47,924 bases of DNA from Candidatus Micrarchaeota archaeon (GCA_038046765.1 JBBSVN010000006.1:67592-115515), one strand, 5' to 3'; counted from the stretch's first letter, positions 39,353 to 47,924 are shown. Translations and numbers: made by a program. Notes: generated by a model not told the origin, from the letters alone.

Positions 39353-39522
39353 TCCCGTCCGCCTGATTTGAACAAGCAACCGCCCCGTATCTACTAACTA
39401 TTTAGTTAATAGTTAAACTCGAAAAAAGTCGAGTGAAACAAACTACAGCGGGGCGCTCTACCGTTGCACGCCTTGTGTGCAATTCTTGAAAGAACACTTT
39501 CAAGGCTTTGAGCTAGGCCGGG
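39353..39522 (-). tRNA. tRNA-Tyr(GTA) with introns at 15/16 (39464-39507, 44 nt) and 37/38 (39389-39442, 54 nt)
   Basis: Spliced 72-nt cloverleaf with archaeal Tyr identity C1-G72/A73 (one G5.A68 mismatch), CCCCG-CT-GTA-GA-CGGGG, GCTTG-TTCAAAT-CAGGC; the A15-U48 pair supports the D-loop boundary. Confidence 0.9.
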
Positions 39523-39560
39523 AGTATTATAAATTTAGATAAAAGGGTTTTTATTACTAA

Positions 39561-40799
39561 TTATACTTTTGGCTCTTCTGGCATTGCAGAAGTTCCAGTC
39601 ATTTTGCCATATCGTCTTACCTTATCAGGCGCACCAATTATTGCAGCTGTTGGGGTTGGAGTAAATTTTCCAGAAGAAGATTTAGGAGAATAAGAAGAAT
39701 TTGCAGCAGCAGCTTTTGCAGTTGCTGCCGTAAACTTAGAGCCTACTAAACCAGTAAATAAGAATGAGCCAACTTTCGTTGGATTTGATATAATGAATTT
39801 GCCTGCCATTATACTATTTTCTTTACTGGTCCCGTTTGGGCTTGTAGATATAGAATTTGTTCCAAAAGGTTTAAAAACCCTTGCATCTCTCGTATCCACG
39901 ACGTTTGCTTTGGCAGATGTCCTTGATAAATCATAAACAAGTTTTGTAGTTGCAATGTCAGCTTTGAAATTAGTTTTAGAAGTAGACTGATTTGTTTTAG
40001 ATGTAGAGGGATTTGCTTTGGCAACAACCAATTTAGCAGATTGACCGGAACTAGTATGGGTTTGTACTCCCACGCGTCCGCCTCTTGTCCCCATGAATGT
40101 TGAACTAGAAAACCCGCTTTTTCCATGAACAGAGTATGTTGAACTCGTTCTTCCAGCAGTATAAGTTGTTAAACGAATACCTGCAGGCCTAGTTTGAGCA
40201 TTAGGAACACATGATTTAGATATTGCAACAGAACCGGCTTTTACGCTTTGTCGCCTTATTTGATCTTCAATCTTCTCTATAGCTCGTGCTTGTGCGATTT
40301 GTGCTTTCTTTTGTCTTTGCAACAAGGTTTGTGTCCTAACTGCAGTTTGCCTAGTATTTTGAATACCTAAAACAGAACGAAGTGCTTTTTGATCCCTATT
40401 TGAATGATTATTTAGAATGTGTCTTACTTTTGTTGCTTGCTGGTCTAGTAAAATCGAACTTGCTCTTTGTTTAACAAGAGTTTTCTTAACTCTTAAAGCG
40501 CGCATTTTTACTTTTCTAGATCTTGATCTTGAAAACCTTGCCTGACCGCCAGGTCGTGCAAATTTATAATTCCAGGTTGCATATTGAGCATAAACTTTCT
40601 CAGTAGGAAGAGCAGTAAACTCAGTTTTTACCGTTTTAGGAGCAGAATATGAAGTACGAGAAGGAAGAGAATCAGAAAGTGAATTTTTACCTTTAAAGAA
40701 AGATTTATCATTTTGCTTAGCAACTGCTAAGTCCGTATGAATTGCAGAACAATTTCTAGTTCCACTTCCACGACTAGGTTGTTTGATTAAGGCAGGCAT
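39561..40799 (-). CDS. Highly basic, Ser/Thr/Lys/Arg-rich low-complexity hypothetical protein
   Basis: 412-aa uninterrupted ORF; few acidic residues; central Q/R helix. Confidence 0.7.
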   Translation of the reverse strand: MPALIKQPSRGSGTRNCSAIHTDLAVAKQNDKSFFKGKNSLSDSLPSRTSYSAPKTVKTEFTALPTEKVYAQYATWNYKFARPGGQARFSRSRSRKVKMRALRVKKTLVKQRASSILLDQQATKVRHILNNHSNRDQKALRSVLGIQNTRQTAVRTQTLLQRQKKAQIAQARAIEKIEDQIRRQSVKAGSVAISKSCVPNAQTRPAGIRLTTYTAGRTSSTYSVHGKSGFSSSTFMGTRGGRVGVQTHTSSGQSAKLVVAKANPSTSKTNQSTSKTNFKADIATTKLVYDLSRTSAKANVVDTRDARVFKPFGTNSISTSPNGTSKENSIMAGKFIISNPTKVGSFLFTGLVGSKFTAATAKAAAANSSYSPKSSSGKFTPTPTAAIIGAPDKVRRYGKMTGTSAMPEEPKV

Positions 40800-40832
40800 T
40801 TTAATCTAAACTAATAATTGCATAAATAGTAT

Positions 40833-42191
40833 TTAAAGGTTCGTTTTTTGGGCCCGAATTTCCTCTGAAACAGAAATTAGAAAAGAATTAAGTTTGTCGT
40901 AACTTATGCTAGAACCTGCTGCAATTTTATGCCCGCCTCCGATCCCACCGCAAGTAATTGATGCTTTTTTCATAACTAAACCAAGGTTAAGTCCCCCTGC
41001 AACAAGTTTTTTTGTACCTCGACTAGAAACCTTAATCGTTTTGTTTTCACCTAGAGCAATGCCAATAACTGGTTTTTTCCCCCTTCCTGAAATGAGCATA
41101 CCGCAAACGATACCGATTACTCCTTCATCCATAATTCCCCGACCATCAATAAAATAAAAATCCCCAAAATCCTGCATTTTATTTGTTGCAAACTCGATTC
41201 CTTCCCGGATATTTTTACGATGAAGTTGTAAAAGTGCCTTAGCTTTCGCATAACCATCATTTTCATTAAGACATAAATCTATCGCAATATCACTCTGGTC
41301 ATTCCTGCCGCACGCATTAAGTAGTGTGGAAAAATCTTTCGCTTCATATGTTTCGTTCTTTGGATGCTTTGGAAAAATATAGCTTTCACAGAACAAATCT
41401 TGTTCGCGAATGCTGACTCCGCTTTTCGCAAAAACGTTCGTGATTGCGCTAATTAAAACGGTTTTTTCATCTTTACTTAAATCAGAATAAGTTCTCCAGG
41501 TTTCCCCATTTTTCTGCTTAATTAATGTTTTATTTAGAAAGTCCTGTGCCTTATCTTCCTTAAAAGAAACTCCGGGAATTAACGGATCATCACTAAATGC
41601 CAAAAAATAGATTAATGATCGCGAGTATCTCCCATAAAAACAGAGGTCATTTTCAGTTGCAACTTCGTCTTGATCTAATCCTTGAGCTAAAACATATCGA
41701 TTCATACCAGTTAAAGGAAATTGCTGATCGGCTACTGCGCCAACAATACCAAGATCAACTCGTTCTCTAAAAACAAGGTAAGCAGTACTTGCTCCGCTTA
41801 GTTCTGTCCCACCATCAATATCAAAGAGAAGCGGATTTACATGAAACGCTACTTTTATGTCATCTAAGGGTTGATGATGGTCGATAATAATTACATTCGA
41901 TTTTTCACTTAATTCATTAACCCGAATATTACCAGAACCTAAATCTAGGAATATTATGTTCTTTGCACCGATTGATTTAATTTTGTCAATAGCTACATCA
42001 TCAAGTTTTTTTATGCACAATCTTTGAAAATTTAGGTTGTGCTTTTTGAAGAAACTCACTGCAATTGCCCCTGAGGCTACACCGTCCGCGTCATAATGAT
42101 GTACAACTAACGAATTATCCATAAGAAGAGTTTCTTGCATCGCTTGGTTACAATAATTTAAAAATTGTTTTTGATTTGGTGTTAAATCCAT
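40833..42191 (-). CDS. DHH/DHHA1 RecJ-like nuclease (GAN/Cdc45 family)
   Basis: HYDADG, DLGSG, IDHH, LLNACGR, GGGH..AAG; long central insertion typical of the archaeal RecJ/Cdc45 group. Confidence 0.9.
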   Translation of the reverse strand: MDLTPNQKQFLNYCNQAMQETLLMDNSLVVHHYDADGVASGAIAVSFFKKHNLNFQRLCIKKLDDVAIDKIKSIGAKNIIFLDLGSGNIRVNELSEKSNVIIIDHHQPLDDIKVAFHVNPLLFDIDGGTELSGASTAYLVFRERVDLGIVGAVADQQFPLTGMNRYVLAQGLDQDEVATENDLCFYGRYSRSLIYFLAFSDDPLIPGVSFKEDKAQDFLNKTLIKQKNGETWRTYSDLSKDEKTVLISAITNVFAKSGVSIREQDLFCESYIFPKHPKNETYEAKDFSTLLNACGRNDQSDIAIDLCLNENDGYAKAKALLQLHRKNIREGIEFATNKMQDFGDFYFIDGRGIMDEGVIGIVCGMLISGRGKKPVIGIALGENKTIKVSSRGTKKLVAGGLNLGLVMKKASITCGGIGGGHKIAAGSSISYDKLNSFLISVSEEIRAQKTNL

Positions 42192-42251
42192 TAGGAAATT
42201 AAAAAGAGCAGCTTTCTTTAATACTTTCTTTTATTTTATTTTTGATTAGTT

Positions 42252-43097
42252 ATGCTAGACACAAAAATAAGATTTGGCCCGGCAGGAGTTCCAACCCGCT
42301 CTAAAGGAAGATCAACCCTTGAAGGGATTGAATGTTGTGCAGAAATCGGCTTAGATGCAATGGAGATCGAATTCGTGCGGGGCGTAAAGATGGGCGAGAC
42401 ATTATCTGCAAATGTAAAAAAACTTGCAACAAAGAAAGAGATTAAACTTAGTTCGCACGCCCCATATTACATCAACTTATGTTCAATAAAAGAAGAAACA
42501 ATAGAAAATACCAAAAGAAACTTGTTTGAATCAGCTAAAGCGACTTATTTGTGCGGAGGAAGAATAACGGTTTTCCATTCTGGATATTATCAGGAATTAA
42601 GTAAAGAAGATGCTTACCAGATTGCAAAGAAAAGATTAAATGAAATAAATGAACAACTAAAGCAAAATAACATAAAATGTGTTCTAGGAGCCGAAACGGT
42701 TGGGAAAAAATCGCAGTTTGGAGGGTTAGATGAAGTGATACGACTTAGCCAGGAATTAGAAAACGTGCAACCTGTAATTGATTTTTCGCATTTAGTAGCG
42801 AGGGCAGATTTTCCATTAAAAACAGAAGAGGACTACTCAAGACTGTTTTCTAAACTTGAAAAAGAACTACCAGATTATTTAAAACATTTTCATAGTCACT
42901 TTCAAGAAGTAAATTATTCAGATAAGGGCGAACTAAACCACCTCATTTTAGGCACAAAAGATGAACCACCATATAAACCATTTATAAAAGTAATAAAAGA
43001 GAACGGATATAGTGGAGTTGTAATTTGTGAATCGCCAATTATAGAAACAGATGCACTTAAAATGAAGGAATATTATGACTCACTAAAAGGTAAATAA
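42252..43097 (+). CDS. nfo: Archaeal endonuclease IV (AP endonuclease family 2)
   Basis: FGPAG, MEIEFVRG, HAPYYINL, FHSG, ETVGK..QFG, DFSH, ICESP. Confidence 0.9.
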   Translation: MLDTKIRFGPAGVPTRSKGRSTLEGIECCAEIGLDAMEIEFVRGVKMGETLSANVKKLATKKEIKLSSHAPYYINLCSIKEETIENTKRNLFESAKATYLCGGRITVFHSGYYQELSKEDAYQIAKKRLNEINEQLKQNNIKCVLGAETVGKKSQFGGLDEVIRLSQELENVQPVIDFSHLVARADFPLKTEEDYSRLFSKLEKELPDYLKHFHSHFQEVNYSDKGELNHLILGTKDEPPYKPFIKVIKENGYSGVVICESPIIETDALKMKEYYDSLKGK

Positions 43098-43100
43098 AAT

Positions 43101-44003
43101 ATGGAACTTTTTATAGATAAAATTGAAGGAGTAGTTACCCAGATACAGCAAAAGGAACAAAAATTACAGGTTCTAAATGAAAAATACAAAAAATTACTGG
43201 ATAAGGATTTACGAAATGAAATAAATGAATTAAAGCAAGGAATAAATCAGGATAGACTACACATAAGAAAGATCGTATTTTATGGCATACAAGAAATTAG
43301 CCTGATTAAAAAATATTTTCCAGAATTTTTTAAGTTGCTTTGCGAATATGAAGTTATAGGTAAAGTAATTTCGGCAAAGGAATGGCTCTTAGAACTTCCA
43401 AATTATGATAAAAAGAACGGACAAAAAGAATTAATATTAATAAGACAACAAAGAAAAGAAGCCAAACAAGCCAAAGAAACTTTGTTAAAATGGGTTGGAC
43501 AGATTGATCCAAAGGCTATTGGTGCAACATGGCCATTTCTTAAGAATAAAATAGGCCCAAGAGAACAGGCAGAAGATATACTGGAAAAAGTTTCGCAAGA
43601 AGAAAAGGAATTACGCCGCAAAGGATGGGCAATACTTTTAAGTGATGAATTTATCTTAGATACATTTAAAAAGAATTTAATCAGGCTGGAAAAACTTAGA
43701 GGAAAACTTTTTGAAGTAAAAAAAGCATGCGAAAAATCTTCTGGCAAGGGGACAATAGCAGAGTACGACGCAAAGAAAGATTATGAAGAAGCAGAAAAAA
43801 ATTACAAAAAAATTGAGACATTTTGCAACGAGATACTACTTAGTAATCCGCAATTTCTGCTTAAAATAAAGTCTGATCAAACAATTTATTCAAAGGACCA
43901 GACCAGAATCCAGATAACTAATTTTATATCAAAACTAAAAATACAGAAAATAAACTTAAAGAATTGGAAGGAACAGATGAGAATAAGGATAAAGAATGCA
44001 TAG
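43101..44003 (+). CDS. Hypothetical coiled-coil protein
   Basis: 300-aa K/E-rich ORF 3 nt downstream of nfo. Confidence 0.7.
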   Translation: MELFIDKIEGVVTQIQQKEQKLQVLNEKYKKLLDKDLRNEINELKQGINQDRLHIRKIVFYGIQEISLIKKYFPEFFKLLCEYEVIGKVISAKEWLLELPNYDKKNGQKELILIRQQRKEAKQAKETLLKWVGQIDPKAIGATWPFLKNKIGPREQAEDILEKVSQEEKELRRKGWAILLSDEFILDTFKKNLIRLEKLRGKLFEVKKACEKSSGKGTIAEYDAKKDYEEAEKNYKKIETFCNEILLSNPQFLLKIKSDQTIYSKDQTRIQITNFISKLKIQKINLKNWKEQMRIRIKNA

Positions 44004-44005
44004 AT

Positions 44006-44515
44006 TTATGCAGGAATATTTTCAATTACTTGCTCCACTTCCTTTTTGATAGGATTATCTAAAAAAGAACTATTTTTGAAGAATGCATTATAGAAACTTT
44101 TTGCAAGTTCTTTTGTTTTTTTCTTATCAAGTAAATAAGCAGCCTGTATGTATCCCTTGCTTCTTGGGTCATTTATAAAAAGATAACAAATAGCAACAAA
44201 AAAATAGATTGCAAAGTCTTTTTTGTCTAAATTTATGGCTTTTTGAAAATCAATTAATGCATCTTCAATTTCATAAATTTCCATGTGTGCTACTCCCATT
44301 AATTTATAGTATTCAGGCTTACTTTTTATCATTGCAGCACGCTCTAAAAATTCATGAGCATTATCATAATTTTTAAGCCGCAAGGACAAAATTGCCTTGT
44401 AGTACCATGCATCTGAATTTTCTGAATCCTGCGAGACTTCCTTGTTAAGGAGCTTTAATGCTTCAGGATAATTTTTTGAAAGAATTAGCTTCTTTGCTGC
44501 TTCAACTAGTTCCAT
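44006..44515 (-). CDS. TPR-repeat protein
   Basis: AWYYKA..L...Y..A...L..A and G.AH...Y..A...F..AI.LD TPR units. Confidence 0.85.
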   Translation of the reverse strand: MELVEAAKKLILSKNYPEALKLLNKEVSQDSENSDAWYYKAILSLRLKNYDNAHEFLERAAMIKSKPEYYKLMGVAHMEIYEIEDALIDFQKAINLDKKDFAIYFFVAICYLFINDPRSKGYIQAAYLLDKKKTKELAKSFYNAFFKNSSFLDNPIKKEVEQVIENIPA

Positions 44516-44617
44516 AAAGAGTAAATTAAAAGTAAAGCTTAATAAAGCTCACCATAGCATATATGCGCAGTATTAAAAAACCTTCCCAGCATAAAAAATT
44601 ATAGAAAGTGATTAAAT

Positions 44618-44938
44618 ATGGCAGAAATGGCGACCGTTAGTAGTATGACCGAGGATAAAATATCCAAATTAAAGGGGATACCCCATTTGCATTACCCGAT
44701 TGAGGCGTTTGACCCAGTAGCATTATTGAAAAATATGCAAAATGGGACAAAACTCAAAGATTATGCGAATACAGTAGCAGATGGAGAATTAAATACAAGG
44801 ATAAATGCAAATTATCAAAGAGCAACATCCCATTATTTACACGATGGAAATGGAAAAAATGAACAGAGCATAATTGTAAAAGCATTAGCAACACATTTAC
44901 TAGAAGATTTTGGAGCAATATCAGTAAGAAAAGCATAA
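44618..44938 (+). CDS. Hypothetical protein
   Basis: 106-aa ORF with a GTGAT RBS-like element. Confidence 0.55.
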   Translation: MAEMATVSSMTEDKISKLKGIPHLHYPIEAFDPVALLKNMQNGTKLKDYANTVADGELNTRINANYQRATSHYLHDGNGKNEQSIIVKALATHLLEDFGAISVRKA

Positions 44939-45090
44939 ATCATTTTTACTTATTTTATTTTTATCCTTTGTTCTTATTTAACCCAAGTTTTCGATAAACG
45001 AGAGAAAAACGCCATGATGAACGATTAAAATTCAGCACTTTGACAAGAAATCGCTTTGCGAAAGTCTAAGTATTAAATACAAAGATCCCT

Positions 45091-46047
45091 TTATTCTAAT
45101 TCTATCGTCGCAGGCGGTTTATTTGTTATATCATAAACAACCCGCCCAATTTCGCGTACTTCATTTGTAATTCTAGTAGAAATTTTTTGCAAAAGTTCGC
45201 TTGGAAGATGTGAAAAATTTGCAGTCATACCGTCTAAACTATCAACTGCTCGAACCGCGAGGGTATACTGATAGGATCGCTCATCCCCCCGAACACCAAC
45301 AGTTTTTGTATCAAGTAATGCTGCAAAGTATTGCCACGGTAATTGTATTTGATTATTCTTTGCTGCAGATTCGATTTCAGTTTCAACAATATCGATAGCT
45401 TCTTGCAATAATTTGACTTTTTCCTTTGTTATTGAACCAATAATTCTTACGGCTAGAGCTGGACCTGGAAAAGGCTGCCGGTTATAGATATAATCGGGTA
45501 ATCCAAGCGCTTTGGCTGACTCCCTTACTTCATGTTTATAGATTTCCCGAAGTGGCTCGCAAAGCAACAGATTCATTTTTTGAGGAAGTCCGCCAACATT
45601 ATGGTGGCTCTTTATATTGTGTCTTCCCGCACCACCGCTTTCGATCCAGTCAGGAGCGATTGTTCCTTGTATTAAATAAGTTACTTTGTCTTTTTTAGAT
45701 TCTTCTTCAAAAATGCGAATAAATAATTCTCCAATAATTTTTCTTTTTTGTTCTGGATCAGTTACATCTTTTAAGGCGGAAAGAAATTTATCTTCTGCAT
45801 GAATTACTTTAAGATTTAACCCTACTTTTTGCGCAGCTATTTTTACTTTTTCGGTTTCATTTTTTCGCATTAGTCCAGTGTCAACGTAAACTGCAAACAA
45901 GTTTTTGCCTATTGCCTTACCTGCTAGAGTTGCAGCAGTAAATGAATCTACCCCGCCCGATAGTGCGACGATTGCTTTCGCATTTCCGATTTGTTTTTTT
46001 ACGTTTTCAATTTCCTGTTGTACGAATTTTTCTGGATTAAATGACAT
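45091..46047 (-). CDS. guaAB: GMP synthase ATP-pyrophosphatase subunit B
   Basis: ALSGGVDS, KSHHNVGG, RQPFPGP, YDITNKPPATIELE; no GATase domain. Confidence 0.96.
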   Translation of the reverse strand: MSFNPEKFVQQEIENVKKQIGNAKAIVALSGGVDSFTAATLAGKAIGKNLFAVYVDTGLMRKNETEKVKIAAQKVGLNLKVIHAEDKFLSALKDVTDPEQKRKIIGELFIRIFEEESKKDKVTYLIQGTIAPDWIESGGAGRHNIKSHHNVGGLPQKMNLLLCEPLREIYKHEVRESAKALGLPDYIYNRQPFPGPALAVRIIGSITKEKVKLLQEAIDIVETEIESAAKNNQIQLPWQYFAALLDTKTVGVRGDERSYQYTLAVRAVDSLDGMTANFSHLPSELLQKISTRITNEVREIGRVVYDITNKPPATIELE

Positions 46048-46115
46048 AATTTAAACCTGTTTTTTATTTTTATAACATATATATGTTTTTAAACATTTAA
46101 AATGTATTGTAGAGC

Positions 46116-47366
46116 ATGAGAATAGTTGCAGATTTCCACATTCACTCCAAATATGCGCGCGCTACCAGCCCAAGCTGCGATGTTGATGGATTATCAACAG
46201 GCGCAAAATTAAAAGGAATAAACGTACTTGCTACGGGAGATTTCACTCACCCGCAATATTTCAAGGAACTTAAGATGAAACTAGCCCGAAAAGAAGAGAG
46301 TGGACTTTATGATTATAATGGAATCAAATTTATATTAAGTACCGAAGTAGCTAATTTTTTTCAATTAAACGAAAATGGTAAAACAAAGAAAGTACACAAC
46401 ATAATACTTGCACCAAACCTGGCAATTGCAGAACAAATAAATGATTGCTTAGGTAAAGACCAGAACTTAAGCTTTGATGGAAGACCAATTCTTAAAATGA
46501 GCTGTGCAGAAATGGTAGAAAAAATGCAGAAAATTTCAAAGGAAATTGCAATAATACCCGCTCATTGCTGGACGCCCTGGTTTGGAGTTTTTGGTTCTGT
46601 TTCCGGGGTTAATAGTATAGAAGAAGCTTTTGAAGACAAGGCTAACAAAATATTTGCGCTTGAAACCGGACTTAGTAGTGACCCTGCCATGAATTGGATG
46701 ATTTCAAAACTAGATAAATACACGCTAATATCGAATAGCGACTGCCATAGTTTAGAGAAACTAGGTAGAGAAGCAAATGTATTTGAATTACAGGAACTTT
46801 CATATAAATCAATATTAAACACATTAAAAACAAAGAAGGGCTTTGTAAAAACTTATGAATTTTACCCAGAAGAAGGAAAATACCACTATGATGGACATAG
46901 AGATTGCAAAATTATTTTAAACCCAAATGAAACAAAAAAATATAAGGGAATTTGTCCCGTATGTAGAAAAAAATTGACGGTCGGAGTTATGAACAGGATT
47001 ACCGAACTTTCAGATAGAGAAGTGGGATATGTACCAAAAGACAGTGTTCCATTCCAGCACATAATCCCCCTACGCACTATAATTTCAAAAGCACTTAAAA
47101 AAAGTGAGACCACCCTTGGAGTTGAGGATGCGTATCAAAAACTAATAAAATATTTTGGAAATGAATTTGCGATTTATGAAGCAAATGAAGATCAGATACG
47201 TTTGTCTACGAGCAAGGAAATATCAACTGCAATAATAAAATCAAACAGTGGAAATGTAACATGGATACCCGGTTATGATGGGGTTTTTGGAGAACTAATT
47301 TTAGATTCAAAAAAGAATAACCAAATTGTAAAAGACAGAAAACAATCTTCTTTAACTGATTTTTAA
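46116..47366 (+). CDS. endoQ: Endonuclease Q family (PHP domain + Zn finger)
   Basis: DFHIHSKY, GDFTHP, PAH.WTPW, ETGLSSD, SNSD.HS..KLGRE, GKYH, CPVC, PGYDG.FG. Confidence 0.92.
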   Translation: MRIVADFHIHSKYARATSPSCDVDGLSTGAKLKGINVLATGDFTHPQYFKELKMKLARKEESGLYDYNGIKFILSTEVANFFQLNENGKTKKVHNIILAPNLAIAEQINDCLGKDQNLSFDGRPILKMSCAEMVEKMQKISKEIAIIPAHCWTPWFGVFGSVSGVNSIEEAFEDKANKIFALETGLSSDPAMNWMISKLDKYTLISNSDCHSLEKLGREANVFELQELSYKSILNTLKTKKGFVKTYEFYPEEGKYHYDGHRDCKIILNPNETKKYKGICPVCRKKLTVGVMNRITELSDREVGYVPKDSVPFQHIIPLRTIISKALKKSETTLGVEDAYQKLIKYFGNEFAIYEANEDQIRLSTSKEISTAIIKSNSGNVTWIPGYDGVFGELILDSKKNNQIVKDRKQSSLTDF

Positions 47367-47400
47367 TATCAAATAATAAAATAATAATAGAAACAAGATC

Positions 47401-47824
47401 ATTTGTTCCCTCGGGCTACCTCATTTAGAAAAATTCATTTAAATTTTTCTAATACTTGAGATTTAGAAAAATAACGTATTTTTCTAACACTTGAGATGTC
47501 AAGAAGAGGAACATTATTGTAGAGAAGACCAGAAGGCTTCTCTATCATGATCATGAACCCTGCTGGTGTTCATGACAAGTTGGAGAGACAGTGAACGCTT
47601 TCTGCTGTTCACTGGAAAACTTCCTGGTCTTCGATATATTTATCAAGAACCTAAAGGAAGTAGTTTGCCAAGGTTTTTATGAACCGCAGTTCATTAAAAG
47701 CTAGTGAATGAAATTTACTGGATGGCATTTTTCAAAACAGATTTTTTCCAAGAGCGTCCTCGCTACGCAGGGGAACCGTGCACAACTAGCAGGGTACTCT
47801 CATCGATTTTGAGATAGGACAAAT
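47401..47824 (+). ncRNA. Candidate large structured non-coding RNA (alternatively a MITE-like element)
   Basis: No ORF in the track; about ten stems, complementary loops and long-range pairings; G-U pairs are valid only on the + strand. Confidence 0.5.
47423..47495. repeat. Two tandem palindromic units ATTTAGAAAAAT-Nx-ATTTTTCTAA(T/C)ACTTGAG
   Basis: Units 47423-47460 and 47461-47495 have near-identical arms and different loops. Confidence 0.8.
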
Positions 47825-47853
47825 AAGAAATAAACAAAAAAAGAAATAAAAAC

Positions 47854-47922
47854 TTAGTTCTGATTATCCTTAAACTTAAATTTTCCCTTGCCAGCTGCTC
47901 CTCCTTCGCCACCTTTTCTAAA
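47854..47922 (-). CDS. C-terminal fragment of a gene entering from the right edge (..FRKGGEGGAAGKGKFKFKDNQN*)
   Basis: Open frame ending in TAA, followed on the minus strand by a long T-rich tract. Confidence 0.45.
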   Translation of the reverse strand, partial: FRKGGEGGAAGKGKFKFKDNQN

Positions 47923-47924
47923 GA

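Noticed and set aside
47423..47497. CRISPR mini-array
   Set aside because: Only two abutting units, no spacer-length unique sequence, and no cas genes in the window.
47401..47824. RNase P RNA, SRP RNA or group I/II intron
   Set aside because: No GAGGAAAGUCC/ACAGAA..GCUUA pair, no SRP helix-8 motif, and no P7 or domain V consensus found by eye on either strand; a covariance-model search is still needed.

Overview
AT-rich archaeal chromosomal window. The DPANN-like content (most consistent with Micrarchaeota; inference) includes the GINS-L44e-S27e-aIF2alpha-Nop10-PAC2 cluster, L40e, proteasome alpha, RNase Z, Pop5, TrmI, YchF, purE, purH, guaAB, pyrH, ahcY, an S-layer protein, class III pilins and repair nucleases (XPF, SNM1-like MBL, RecJ/GAN, EndoIV, EndoQ). 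Orphan genes, two Hanks-type kinases, Doc and RelE toxin-antitoxin modules and a lone TIR protein are interspersed. Features not in the ORF track: a 42-aa Doc antitoxin candidate, rpl40e, nop10, tRNA-Thr(TGT), and two doubly intron-split tRNAs (Asp: 15/16 + 59/60; Tyr: 15/16 + 37/38). The two strongest leads are (i) homologous, covarying introns at different positions in two different tRNAs, suggesting a mobile tRNA-intron family, and (ii) an unannotated ~420-nt densely base-paired element downstream of endoQ (47401-47824) with mutually complementary hairpin loops, a candidate novel large structured ncRNA. No CRISPR array, integrase, transposase or rRNA was seen. All structures were folded by eye and no database searches were run.
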